A stretch of DNA of 64,000 nucleotides. Source: Azolla caroliniana. Taxonomy: Eukaryota; Plantae; Polypodiophyta. Each line of letters opens with the position of its first letter. Positions within the stretch are counted from its first letter, which is position 1. Shown piece by piece: positions 51,085-64,000 of this stretch. The stretch is from positions 1,054,001-1,118,000 of the forward strand of contig JBHGNT010000011.1 in the NCBI GenBank assembly GCA_043228905.1, given 5' to 3'. The notes under the pieces are model-generated. The model made no database searches, was not told where the DNA came from, and was given only the letters and a program-made list of their open reading frames with translations. Made by a program: the position numbers and the translations under genes.

Positions 51085-51181
51085 TCTCTGCATTTTTGGG
51101 CAATTGGGTTCTAGGTTTTTTTTTTCTTTTGTTTTGGTCCTTGTTTCTGTTTTTCTTTTCCCTACACAGAAGCTATCAGCT

Positions 51182-53318
51182 ATGGCTATGGTTCTTGAAT
51201 CTGCCACGGTTCTTCGCGATCCTACGATTCCTGGAAGCGTTCTAAGAGCTCGTCTCTCTCTACCGAGATCCACAGGAGGTTTCAGAGTAGCCTTTCCGAC
51301 TGTCTCTCGTCGTTCATCAGAACAATCTTCATTCCTCCATGCTCAATCCTCACCGCGAGGTATAGTTTGTGAACAACAACAGCCGGAACAGGGCACCCTT
51401 TCTCCAGGTACAAATCTCTTTTCTTTCGGATTTTTAGTTTTTGTTTGATTTCGGGTTCTTCACTTCATTGTTTGATGCATCGTTTCATCTTTGTTTAGTT
51501 GAATCTGTTAATTAATCTGCAGAAACTTAAACTATCTGTTTGATGCATGATTTCCATCTTTAGTTTCCTTGATATCTTTGTTTGATTGGATGCGATTCGA
51601 ATTTTGTGCCTCCTTGTGCATTATTTCATCCTAGTTTGCATTGTCCATCTTGACATTGTTGTGATTAGTATCTGATCTGGCATGATTCAAACTTTCCATT
51701 GGTGCAGTATTTTCATCTTTGTCTGCACTATTCGTCTTTGGTTTGTTTATTTAACTTTGTGCCCCCTTCGTTGATGCATTATTTCATCTTTGTTTTCTTG
51801 GGTTTGTTTGTTTGGGTGAGATTTGTACATTGCATTATTCATCCTTACTTGAATTATGTCACTTTGTTTTGTTGGGTTTGCTTGATTGATTGGGCTAGAT
51901 TCAAACATTGTGCCTCTTTGCTGGATAGTTAATTGATCACTGCTTCCTTGGTTGTTAGTTGATTGACTAGACTGGCAGGCTTTTTGCCTCTTTGATTAAT
52001 GCGTTATTTCACTCTTTGTTTCTTTGGCTTATTACTTGATTGGGCAAGGCCAACTTTGCACTTCTTCATTGGATGCATTATGCATTTTTGTGTCCGAATT
52101 TAGCTTGCTTGATTGGTTTACCAAGATTTGAACTTTTCACTTCTTTATTTGATGGATTATTCATTTTTGTCTGAATAACTGATAATCTTTGCTTTCTTTG
52201 GCATGCTTGATGAGCTGAATTTGAACTTTATGCTACTTTATTTGAGGTAAGATGTTTTATGGGCTTCTTGCATGAATGAATCAAACTTTGTGGTTCTTCA
52301 TTTGATTCTACAATGCATGTGGGTTTCTCTCATCAATAATTTAATGTGCCTTCGTTCTGCTGGGTGTTTGCATCATTCATGTATATAGGAGGTTGTGAAA
52401 GAAATCCATGGTGGAACATGGGATATGCTTAATTGGTGAGATTCAAATTTTCTGCATCTTTGATTGATTCTTGGTACCTTATTTTGTGTGGGTGTCATTT
52501 TCAGTCTTCTTCTCTGTGTGAGTTTTTCATTATTCATCAGTATGGGTGGTTTAGTAAGATATACATGTTTGGAAAGATATATTTTTGTCATTCGGAAAAT
52601 AAGACCATGATCCATAGGTCTACGTCTGATGAAGTTCAAACTCTGTGCCTCATATTTGATGCCAAATAAGCCTTCTTTTGCATGGTTTCTTGCATTAGTC
52701 TCATGTTAATATATTTTTTTGTGGTTTATTCATCATCCATCTGTCTGGAGGGGTTGGGAAGAAATCCATGTGTTTTTGTATGTGGTGAATAATAAAAAAA
52801 TAAAAAAATAAACAACAAATTATGAATCTTATTTGTGATGCTTAATCAACGCTAGTTTCCCATGGAGGAAAGGCTGGAAACAATCATAGTGCTTTGGAAA
52901 CCATTATTTTTGCTGTTTCTTCTTAATGTAAAACTGTCAACATATTATCACAGATCAAGATTCAAGCCTAAAACAAAGCTTTTTATGCTCTTCTTTGATG
53001 GCAGCAGAGGAAGTAACTGACAAGACATGGAAAGAGATTGTGTTGCAATGTGACATTCCAGTGCTCGTGGATTTCTGGGCACCGTGGTGTGGACCCTGCC
53101 GAATGATTGCCCCTATTGTGGATGAACTAGCAAAAGAATATGTGGGCAAAGTTCGATGTGTGAAACTAAACACCGATGAAAGCCCCAACACTGCAACTGA
53201 ATATGGAATCCGAAGTATCCCAACTGTCATGATATTCAAAGGCGGTGAAAAGAAAGATACCATCATTGGTGCTGTTCCTAAGGCTACCTTAGTAACTACC
53301 ATTGAGAAGTTCTTGTAA
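51182..53318 (+). CDS. TRXM: Plastid thioredoxin m-type, 2 exons
   Basis: Exon 1 51182-51407 (transit peptide MAMVLES...RGIVCE), phase-1 intron, exon 2 from 53005 (or 53008) to 53318. [44 protein letters not shown]. Confidence 0.95.
51460..52320. repeat. Highly degenerate ~65-75-bp tandem array in the TRXm intron
   Basis: Recurring tgattgg...attc/tgaacttt.tg.c.tc.t..ttgatgcattatttcatcttt motif, roughly 10 times by eye. Confidence 0.55.
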
Positions 53319-56300
53319 AATGAAAAAGAGAAGGGTTATTCTCCAAAGAAAGTCCAATCTCGATGTATGATTCAACTGTAAGGAAAATGCCTTTTTTCTC
53401 TCAAAGAGATAACAAAACAAAAGCGATTTGTAGGGTGGAGAACAGGCTCTAGTTTGTTTAGGGAATTTGGTAGAAAAAAACTCGTGTTCTGCTAAAAGCT
53501 GAAGGGATGTCAGAAAGCAAATACAAATTTGTGAAGAAAGAAACTAGTTGGGATATATCCCTTGGCGCTCTTAATGGCAGATTGATCATTCCAACAAATG
53601 ATCTGATGCTATTAGTTTTTCTAAGATGGCTATAATGCTGCCAAGCTAAGATCATCTGTAAGGAAAGGATCTTTATGGTCAATTGGTTGCCCCAAGATCA
53701 GCAAGGACCTTGATACTCTCTATATCAAAATAGATCTTTCAGGTCATTTTAATATGATTAGCAGTTGTAATATTATTGTTAAATTGTATCCCTAGGATTG
53801 GTTATTGATTCAATTAGCCTTTCTAATCGGTGTTGCCTATATTATGTGTCGATAACATGGATGTGTACCTCAATTTACTGATATCAAGAATCTCTTCTTT
53901 TGTAGAGAGAGATGCACCCAGCACTCTTAAAAATGTGATGAATAAAATGTACAAAATTGTGCGACAACTTGTATGATAGGTTTTAGAATCATTTGTGTCG
54001 TTGACAAAGGATGAGGGATTGAGATGCTTTGTGAGGTCACCTCGATCATGGGAAACGAAGAGATGAGAATTTCATGACTAATTGTGTTTAATAGCTTGTT
54101 GCAACTTGGTACCTTATTAGGTACATGACAATGAATGTTTTGATACACTTCTTTGACAAAGATAGTAACTATGTAAATAGATAGGTCATACTCAAAGCCA
54201 CAAAATTACAATGGAATTCCCTTCTAACAAATTTGATTTTCATGATGCAAAACACCACCAATCCACACACATCTGCTCAATTTCATGATTGGTAGGATCC
54301 AATGATGAACAAAACAACAACCAGTAAAATAAACATTGACAAATTTAGACGGAAGTATATAAAACACAATTAGAAAAGCAAAAAGATAGCTCAAATGTTT
54401 AGAGCCATTTCTTTGGAAGGTACAAATCATAAGTTCAATACTTACTGATCTATAGGGCAAAATAATCTAGTATAGAGGTTGAAGGTGCCTCTATGCTTTT
54501 TTATCAACATGCCTAACTAAGCGCCCATTCATAAAGTTAAGTTTAAAAGAAGAATCTAAATCAAGACTCATGCAAAACAAGGGAAAATGACACTTTATTT
54601 ATACATAAGGAGATGAGGGTTAGATATACTATATAATGGAGGGATCTTGGGGGGGAAAGGGGGCCATGGATGTTGATAGTCCTTGAAAGAAAAATTTGCT
54701 AATAAGATAATTGGAGGTCGACCCTTAGTTTTGTAAAAGGGGTTAGAGAGAGATGCGCTCAAACTTGACATATGTTGATACATATTTAGTTTCTATTCTT
54801 AATTCATTCATCTGGTGTGGCTTTTGTGTCTTTTGTGGGTTTTGCCATTCTCTTAGCTCCACTCAGATAGAGGCCTAAATGATATAACGAGTAAGAGGAG
54901 TTGTCCACTATTCTTGAGCTACTAATGTGTATCTAACAACTAATGCAAGCTCTAATTGATCTCTCTTAGGCACACAGGGTGCTATTAACATTTGACACAT
55001 GATATTAAGATTCTTAACCACATTTACTCAATACTTAAACGAAGGGAAAAAAGCAAGAAATCACCAAAATGTCTGAGCTTTGATTATCCTTGTTCATGGA
55101 TAGTACAAAGTTTAAAGTTTAAAGGTTTTAAACAATTATGGCTTTGGCTTAGTACACTATCGTTTAGAAGAGAGTGTAAGGCTCGCTTTAGCCAAGATGA
55201 GATAGTATGGTCAAAGTCCTTGTAAATAACTTTATACATATTAAACATAATCACGTTCATGTCCTTTTTAAAGTAGAGTATCAAGGTTTATATATTCATC
55301 TTTATACCTTTTAACATTGTAGGCTTTTCCTAAGGTTTATCCAAAGTCCAAAAGGAACCTCTACATCTCTAGAACTTTGCATATGGTTCAAAATGTTCAG
55401 TAGATACTTATTTGTGTTAGAAAACAGTTCATCAAGTGATGCTAGTTCACTCCATCCATATGCTTGAGAGTGATTGACATCCTCTCTTGCCCGTACCATA
55501 AAAAATATGATGTTATCCCCACATGAACCTCATAACAATAAATTGACAATGTAAACTCTTACCATAGGTTAAGCAGAAATTTAGCATTCATCGATGTAGC
55601 CCTAATATGTTTATCCAACCAAGAATTATGTCCTTTTATACTTCCAACTTATTAAGTAGTCTCTATACTTTTCCTGCATGGAGAGGGCCTCTACTTGGAT
55701 ATTCATCTTATTGGTACCAACTTCTTCTTCTCTTCATTTTCCTTCTATATTTATACCACACGAAATATGGTGGAGTTATGTTACACACAAGTTATTTCGC
55801 AACTATAATAGCATCAATCAACCACATCGACACATGAGTTGGTTCTTCTTGAATGGTGGTATCAAGAATAACATACCTGAATAAATATTTATGTTCATAA
55901 ATAACCATCATGCTCTGGTATGATCCGAAGGACTAGAGAATATCGTTTTAAGGAGGATCAAGTGTATATATCGTCTCACATGTGTGCGAGGCTTAGTTTA
56001 TGAAGGACCTTTTCCCCGCTTCTTCTTCTTCTTCTTGAACTTCATGAAGAAAGGTGTTGTTTGAAATTGTAGCTTGAATCTTATGGGAAAACTAACTCTA
56101 GACTTTCTTGATGAACAACTATGGGTAATAATTCTTTCTTTCGTTATCCTCTTTATTTCCCAAATCTACAAGGGTATCCCTCTTCTCTTCTATAGAAGCA
56201 CAAGGTAGAGCTTCAAATGGTTATCCACACAAGGTAGTCTACGACATTGTAGTAGAACCACCATTGATAAACCTATTTAAAAGAATCATGAATCAAAACA

Positions 56301-57729
56301 TTCACACTTAGATGCATTGGAACATACATGGAGCAACACCATCTCATCATGAACTAGCAAGGATACATTTACTTGGGAAAATAAGACATCCTCTAACATC
56401 TAGAATTCACAATTTTGAAGTGATGAATTGTATCTTTTCTGTGAAGACCTCGCAAAAAAACATATCGCAACAATAGAGTCAATGTAGTGTCACATAATGA
56501 TCCAACTTTTGGATTGGAAATAACTAATAGTTATAATATATAATAAGGCTTAGTTATAATGAGTGCCATACATACTGAACACTTATGCATAGCAATGGTT
56601 GCACTCTTACATGCCACATAGGAAGTTTGTAGGTAGTATTGCTTAGATTTCCATGGTTACATAAATGTCCAACATAAGTATGTACAACTTGTCCCAAGAG
56701 GTGTAAATGTCATCAATGTGATTGATGCACCGCAAAGGTATGATTCATGATCACTCGTACGAGATGTGGATCCAATCATGCAATGCAATAGTTGAATAAT
56801 TGTACCCACAAAGTTACATGATGTGTATATTCCATGATGCACATAAAAGCAAAATCCCAAAGGCTTTTAACACATCACACCTGTAAGCACAAGTCCCATA
56901 CATAAGTGGAATAAATATGACGTGCACACATCAGTGATAAACCTTACCCTCAAAATTATATACTCATTGTTGAAACTCATAAATAGCAAAGTTCTTGTTT
57001 GTGATGAATTGTAATCTTGACCATCTAGTTTTTTCTCCCTCTCTCTTTTATCTTCCAATACTTCGTAATAAATTTTTTATTTTATTTTATTCCAAAAAAA
57101 CCTCCTTACATTAGTTACTCGCTTTGGGAGCCATTGATGTATGCATGTATGTAGAGTATGAATCATACGCACCTTCGCATTCACGAATGTTTATATCATT
57201 TGAGTATGGTCAACACTCTTGAAGTATGGTAAATACCATACTTTTTGAAGAAAGGGAGAGGACGACCATTGTTGGACCATTTTTCTATTATCTCTCATAT
57301 GTATATACTCATACTTCCTATTCCAACTTCTAAGTGCTTGTTCTATTTATCTTTTATAATGAAATTATTAATAATATTTTGAAACATAAATAATACCGCA
57401 AGCATTACTTCTACAAGCATACGAAACGTACTTGTACGAACATCAAAGATATAGTTATAACTAATAAATTATAAATATTAAAAAGCTATGCTGAGAAAAG
57501 TTACACATATTTATACTTAGAGTTTGAATATTTAAAATCCATGGTACAACTACTTGAGGTGTTCTTTTCCTTCATATAGTTCAAAGCAATGATAATGATG
57601 CCCATGAGCTCTAAGTTAGCTTTTATCACACAACCAAAATATCTAGATACATTCTTATCAAATTAGAATTTTTATCATCCATAAAGAGGCCAATTTTGAC
57701 CTATGGGACCAGAGTATACATGTGTTCTT

Positions 57730-58000
57730 GATATGTGTATAATAGAGTCCCTAGAGATGAAAGACTATGTAGGTTATGTCACATAGAGATAGAGGATGAG
57801 TATCACTTTACATGCAAGTGCCCAACTTATACCAAGATAAGGGCGAAATACCAAGACATACTAGGACCCTCTCCCACCCTCTCCAAACTATTAGATACCC
57901 TGGATATAAAGAGACTAGGTGGGTATATCTTAGAGCTAAAACAACGTAGGGAGAATAAATTACAAAGTGTTAACCATAACCCTCTTAATATTCACCAACA
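57730..58000 (+). mobile_element. 3' fragment of a second RTEX-like LINE family (CCHC C-terminus)
   Basis: VPRDERLCRLCHIEIEDEYHFTCKCPTYTKIRAKY. Confidence 0.7.
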
Positions 58001-58357
58001 TGTAACTAATGTAATTTTTAGGAACAAGGGGAGACGATGAATGAGGGCACACCTACACTACTCGGCCTCGCTCTTGATAATGCAAAAATGCAAAGAACAA
58101 TCAAACGCCCTCGGATGTTGGGATTCAAAGTTCCTCGACGTGGAGTAGAAATGATTAAGAAGATAAGGGAACATGAGCTATGCCACCTAAATGTTATGGT
58201 TGGGGTACCTTTTACATTGGGACCACGGATCACATCCACATCGAAACCCTTTGACCTCCCGCTTCTTTTCAAGAGACTTGGATGGAAATGAAACTAGGCC
58301 TAGTATAAAGTCGTTTCCTTATAGAACATGTTTTTTTTACTAGAACTATTTAGCTTA

Positions 58358-60305
58358 GGCGTGGCACCCACACCCCGCTTTCAAATGGATCAATCAAGGA
58401 GTGAGCACCAAATATTTGGGCTTCCAAATTGGTTTCAACATACCGCTAGAGACTATGATTGCACCCGTTATCCTTTCCATTCGACAAAAGTTGATACATT
58501 GGAGCTCGAAAAATTGTCGCTAGCAGGTCGCATCATAGTGGCAAATCAGGTACTCATCGCAACAACATGGTATAGTCTATCATGTTGGACAATCTCCAAG
58601 GAAAGTATACATCAGATTCAACGACTGGTCCGCAACTACATTTGGTCTGGTAAGGAAGACCATGTAGCTCGCACCAAGGTGGCGTGGCCTATACTCACAA
58701 TGCCTAAGTCGAGAGGGGGATTGGGTCTTATTGATCCCCTTTCACAATCGAAAGCCTTACTTGCCAAATTTGTGGTGCGAGGACTCCAACCAGGAAATGA
58801 TTGTTGGAAAATGCTACTGAGGTTACGTTTCGCTTACTTTAGGCCACGAAAAGGGGTCCATTGGGCCCCCCAAACGGGATGGATTCTAAACATGGATCTC
58901 AAACCTAGTTTCTCCCGCCATTTGGAGGATAGATTCAGTGCATCCATGTGGAAGGCATGGTGTGACATTCATCGAGGGCTCAAGTGTGATCAACCGAGAT
59001 CCGAACCTGCCTGGCTCAGTCAACGTATCCTATGGAATCCATGTCTCAAGGATGAATCTAATCAACTACTGGGATCACGTAAGGGGTTGTCATGGGGATA
59101 CATTGCAGAAGGTCCAGGCAAAAGTATAGAATGTTGGCGACGGTTTATGTCAATGCCACTACAAGATCATGCGAACATACTCCATGGAAGCAGGGGCGGA
59201 TGGACTATGAGATCGGAAATCATTAACGCTCTACTGATTAGGGAATCTGCTACTCAAAGGACGACAATGGAGAAATGGATAGGACACAAGGAGGAGGGTT
59301 TTCTGATCCCGAGAGGTAGGGGATCACCAGATAGACTCGAAGAACCTGAATTGCGAGACACTGAGACACCAACATAGAATAACGTCATTCGACTACTTGT
59401 GTACACTGGTCATAAATGGATTGTAGATCCTGATCCGATCAAAGTACAACCCGAGTGGCACAACTAGATTGGGTCACCACATTCTAGCTGCTCAAGTCGC
59501 CCGAGAACCAGCTGCTGCGAAGGTCTGGCACACATTTCAAGTTCCCTCCGCAATAATCACCAAGTTTTGGTAGAAAATTTGGAAGCAACAACACGCGAGG
59601 TGAATTACCACTTTCCAATGGTTGTTAATACATAAGTCCCTACCGGTGGGAGCATGGCAACGTGGGAACCTTAGCTCTCCTAATTGTGTAGAGTGCCCAC
59701 ATGCAGTAGAATCCATACGACACGCTCTATGGGATTGCCCAACGTCCCATCGAATATGGCGGGGGGTTGGCCGCTTGTTGCAATTATGCCAGGTGCAAGG
59801 TTCAATCAAGTGGGGAAATATATGTTGGCTATCATGGCAGGCTGCAATTGGCCGATACGAGCATCAAGAGGAGGGGATGACTTTGGTGATAAAAGCACAA
59901 GAGGTCCTTTTCTCCTCCACCGGCAATGTCCACTCTATTCCTCTTAATGACAAATCTCAAGAGGTGTTAGAATTGGTCAGCCCAATAACCCTTTGGATTC
60001 TATGGAAACAACGATGTAGGCGAGTCTTCTCCAACCAAACTGCCCATCCAACAATGTTACTACAAGAGATATGGAGTGAAATTGTAGCCACTCTAAAGAG
60101 CCAATATGATGGACTTAAGGGCGGCTCCGAGGGAGTTGAAAGACAACGCATAGCCTTCATCCAACAATGGTCGTCCTCTCCCTTTCTTGAGTCAGTGGGC
60201 ATCCACATAAGATGGAACTATCGCGTCCCTTTAGGGATTTGTACATAATCGTCTCATTTGTAAAATTTTATAACTAATGGAAGGAGTTTTTTTTTGGAAA
60301 AAAAA
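58358..60305 (+). mobile_element. 5'-truncated L1 LINE with poly-A and perfect 16-bp TSD
   Basis: TSD AGAACTATTTAGCTTA at 58342-58357 and 60306-60321. LSLAGRIIVANQVL...YIWSG...VAWP...PKSRGGLG. zf-RVT CVECPHAVESIRHALWDC, LWILWKQR. Confidence 0.93.
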
Positions 60306-60442
60306 AGAACTATTTAGCTTAAGCTCTATTTTATTTTATTTTATTTTTAGTTTTACTTTCGATGAATGGGTAAATACCCCATTTTTGGTTTAAACCAATT
60401 GTCTCATGGGCCGATTGTGGTCTTAGAAGACGTTAATACATC

Positions 60443-60864
60443 TAACAATCGGCAACGGTTCGGTTTGAACCGAACCGAACCGCGAAATCGTGGCTTAACG
60501 GTTTCCAACGATTCAGTTTTAACAGCCAAAAACCGCGGTTTAAACGGTTTTTTGTTTTTTTTTTTTTTTTAAAACAATATAAAAAAATTACAAAATTTGT
60601 AAAATTGTTTTTAAGCAATCTTTTCATTTTTAGACCTTATTATCACATTTTAGGAACATCTTAAAAATTTTATAAATTTTAAAAAATTAAATTTATTTAT
60701 TTATTTATTTACCTATGCTAAAAACCGAAACCGAACCACGAAACCACAGTTCTTACGGTTTTATGGTTTAACGGTTTCACGGTTTGGTTCAAGTTTTAAA
60801 AAAAATTAACGGTTCGGTTTGGACCCTCTCAAACCAAACCAAACCGAACCATTGCCGATTGTTT
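60443..60864. mobile_element. hAT-type MITE with 8-bp TSD AATACATC
   Basis: TIRs TAACAATCGGCAA / TTGCCGATTGTTT. TSD at 60435-60442 and 60865-60872. AACCG-rich interior, related to the MITE at 48410. Confidence 0.9.
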
Positions 60865-62884
60865 AATACATCTTTCTTTCTTTTTACCTGAATTTAGTAT
60901 CACAAGATTATTTATTCACGATGTTTAGAATTATTTGAATTATGGGCACTTTGAGGAAAAGAGAATGATATCAATCGACAATTTCTTTATATACCGTTTA
61001 ATCATCATTATAATAACATGTTCAAAACGTTCCATGATACTTAGGTTCACCAATCAAAGAATCCAAGTTTGGGGCATTATTATGAGTGCATATAAAGTTT
61101 GGGGCATTATTATGAGTGCATTTAATTGTTTATTAGCTTGAATTCATAAACTAGATGTTCTAATAATTTCCATGAAGACCCTAGTGTAAGGAACATATTG
61201 ATGGGTGGTGAAAGTTTCCTAATGGGTGTGCACTTTGCACCCTCATATTGGATTTTGGGCTAGTGAGGGTGGAAGAGTTTTGTGAAATGAGAGAGTGTCA
61301 TCTCATGAAGAATTGGAGAAGACGATCCGAATGTTGAAAACAAGTCTTCCCGGTAAGGATATGGGATTTAGATTTCCAAGATGTTACCAGTCAATCACAT
61401 GGAGAGGAAGAGATCATCCATTTTAAAGAACCCATTTTACATTGGGGCCTAACATAAATTGTTGTTAAGATGTGAATGAATACACCAGGACTAGGATGGC
61501 CTCAACAATCTTATTGTGACCTTAGCAAATAGTTGCTAAGATGCAATACACCAAGGTCAGAATGGCCTCAATGACATACGATGATGTTCAGTTGTTGCAT
61601 TCGAAGACCAAGATAATTTTGTAGTTGAGAGCAATGTGAGCAAAGTAGTTCTTCATTATTGTACACAAAAAAATCTTACTAAGAGGTTTCAGAGGCATAG
61701 CCTTTACTTTGGAGCTATTGACACAAACTACTATGCATGCAAAAAGTTCTCAAAGAAACTCATACGCTTTTGTGCACCTTCTAAACAATTTGTTAAAAGT
61801 GGCACAATGTCGGTATTCCCAATGGTAACCTCTTCGGTGCCATATTGTGCAAACTCACCGTGATCCGAAGAGAGAACATGTGTATGCAATAACTACTACT
61901 TACAAACTTCTATGATATGATGGCGTTTATTGAATATTCAATATGAAGAGTTTCTAGCATCTTTAAGACCTACGTGATAAAGTTGTCATGTTCAAGGACA
62001 ACTTTGTGAGGTCATTAAAGATCATGTTACTGAGAGGCATGTTTAATACATTCACATGACTACACAAAAGTAGGCAGGTAAAAATAACACTAAGGAAATA
62101 ATTGAGCCGAAGAATGAGAAAATACCTCATATACATCATTTATCTTTACTACCCTACTCTTAGCTTGCTCAATGTAACTTTGTATTCCTAATCAAGATCA
62201 TGATAAATAATTACAAGTACAAAAAAGAGGTAAATGGATCATATTCAAAGAGACTTTTACAAGTTCAATAAGTGTTATGTTACATGTAGCCTTTTAATGC
62301 ATTCACAAGAATGCATAAAAACTATGTATGTGAAAGAGCTACTAAGAGAATAATCATTCAATGCCCCCCTTTAGACTATGGAAACATTTGATCCTAGTCG
62401 TTTAACTTTCATTGCATGCTTGCCAACCTAAATTTAGCTTCCTAATGTAAACTCATATTTGTAAGCAAGATCATGGAAATAAATGTAAGAATAGAAGAGA
62501 GTTTAGGGATTAACGTTTACAAGTTATGGTCCCAAGAGTGTACTAGAGCTTAAGAACTTTTGAAATTTTGAAATTTCGTAGTCTAGGGACTTTTTGAATA
62601 AGTAGAAAAATCATTATAGTCAATTATGCCCTCCAATGTTTTTGTAACTATTAACAATCCTACTTTTTCAATCTATGTTTCATCAACATGCATCAATCTT
62701 GGGAAATGGAACGAATTATATTCAAACTAAATAAGTTGGTCGAATAAACACTCTTACTATCTCCAGAAATTCAAAACTTGTCAAATTTCATCATCGCAAG
62801 AAAACAAAATGTTTAACGTACCCAATATGCTTGGACATGTAGAATTTGTGTTGATTCTTTTCCATTGGTGACAATTCACTATAG

Positions 62885-63550
62885 TTAGCTCTCCTAATTG
62901 TGTAGAGTGTCCAAATGTAGTAGAATCAATACGACACGCTCTATGGGACTGCCCAATGTCCCATCGAATATGGCGGGGGGTTGGCCGTTTGTTGCAATTA
63001 TGCCTGGTGCAAGGCTCAATCAAGTGGGGAAATATATGTTGGCTATCATGGTAGACCCCAGTTGGCAGATACAAGCATCAGGAGGAGGGGATGACTTTGG
63101 TGATAAAAGCACAAGAGGTTTTTTTCTCCACCATCGACAATGTCCACTCAACTCCTCTTAATGACAAATCTCAAGTTGTGTTGGAATTGGTCAGCCCAAT
63201 AACTCATTGGATTCTATAGAAACAATGGTGCAGAAGGGTCTTTTCCAACCAAATTGTGCATCCCACAATGTTATTGCGAGGGATATAGAGTGAAATTGTA
63301 GCCACTCTAAAGAGCCAATATGATGGCCTCAAGGGCAGCTCCGATGGAGTTGAAAGACAACGAATAGCCTTCATCCAACAATGGTCGTCCTCTCCCTTTC
63401 TTGAGTCAGTGGGCATCCACATAAGATGGAACTATCATGTCCCTATAGGGATTTGTATATAATCATCTTGTTTGTAAAATTTTATAACTAATGGAAGGAG
63501 TTTTTTTTGGAAAAAATAAAAATAAATAAAAAATAAATAAAAAATAAATA
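62885..63550 (+). mobile_element. Short 5'-truncated copy of the same L1 family as 58358-60305
   Basis: Colinear with 59671-60305 from ttagctctcctaattgtgtagag to ggaaggagttttttttggaaaa. More stop codons than the longer copy; A-rich (AAATA)n tail. Confidence 0.9.
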
Positions 63551-64000
63551 ATCATTATAATTAGACTCCTAGCTCCAAGAAGTCAAAACTCATCGAGTCA
63601 TGGAGTCATAGGTCTAATAAATCATTTGTGCATCAAAAAGTGGTGTCAAATTCAAGAAATGAGACTTGGATTCACAAAAATGAGACTTGGATTAGGAGAC
63701 ATTTCTGATGCCCATTGTTCTTCAACAAGCAAAGTTCACATTGATTCTTTCCTATTGAAAGATGAATCGTAGACAAACCCGACACACTGAAATTAGATTG
63801 TTGACATCTACTATCAACATTCAACAAATTGTGCCTTTAGAATAGAGTTTGGCTTGCAATATTATTGTGAAAGTAGTTAACTTATACTTAATGTGACTTC
63901 ATGAAAAATCATTTAGGTAGAAATATACTTTGCTACGTATGGTAGCAATGTATATTTCCCTCCTTTAAAGAGATTCCAGTAAGTTATTACATTTGATTAT

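Noticed and set aside
50417-51273. 228-aa and 149-aa minus-strand ORFs
   Set aside because: Read through (GA)n and (TACA)n microsatellites; low-complexity products.
53900-57600. Degenerate coding-like or TE remnant downstream of TRXm
   Set aside because: Stop-riddled in all frames and I could not assign any domain by eye.
61065-61121. Short exact duplications (29-bp period here; also ~16026-16096 and ~63657-63693)
   Set aside because: Ordinary slippage duplications with no further structure.

Overview
Eukaryotic plant nuclear DNA: GT-AG introns, plastid transit peptides and dense, nested transposons. The gene and TE style suggests a non-seed vascular plant such as a fern, but that is inference. 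Five host genes were reconstructed by hand, mostly from exons too short for the ORF track: AP-3 sigma subunit (minus, 5 exons, last ~50 codons absent from the window), a thaumatin-like/PR-5 protein (plus, 2 exons), plastid enoyl-ACP reductase (minus, 12 exons), a TM9SF/TMN1-type protein (minus, 13 exons including an 18-nt microexon) and plastid thioredoxin m (plus, 2 exons). The rest is mostly transposon debris: Copia and Gypsy remnants, solo LTRs with verified TSDs, L1 LINEs, an RTEX-like LINE family associated with (CT)n microsatellites, a Ulp1-carrying Mutator-like element with long TIRs inside a (TACA)n tract, and two hAT MITEs with 8-bp TSDs. The most notable observations are: (1) a two-ORF RTEX-like LINE with apparent microsatellite targeting; (2) two adjacent LINEs that each lack only the RT core; (3) TGTCG-ended solo LTRs with 4-bp ACG-type TSDs; (4) a probable >13.7-kb TE-filled intron in the AP-3 sigma gene, containing an unusual LTR-plus-flank duplication; (5) degenerate minisatellites building the long introns. 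No RNA genes or CRISPR arrays were seen. All family calls are from motif recognition, without database searches.
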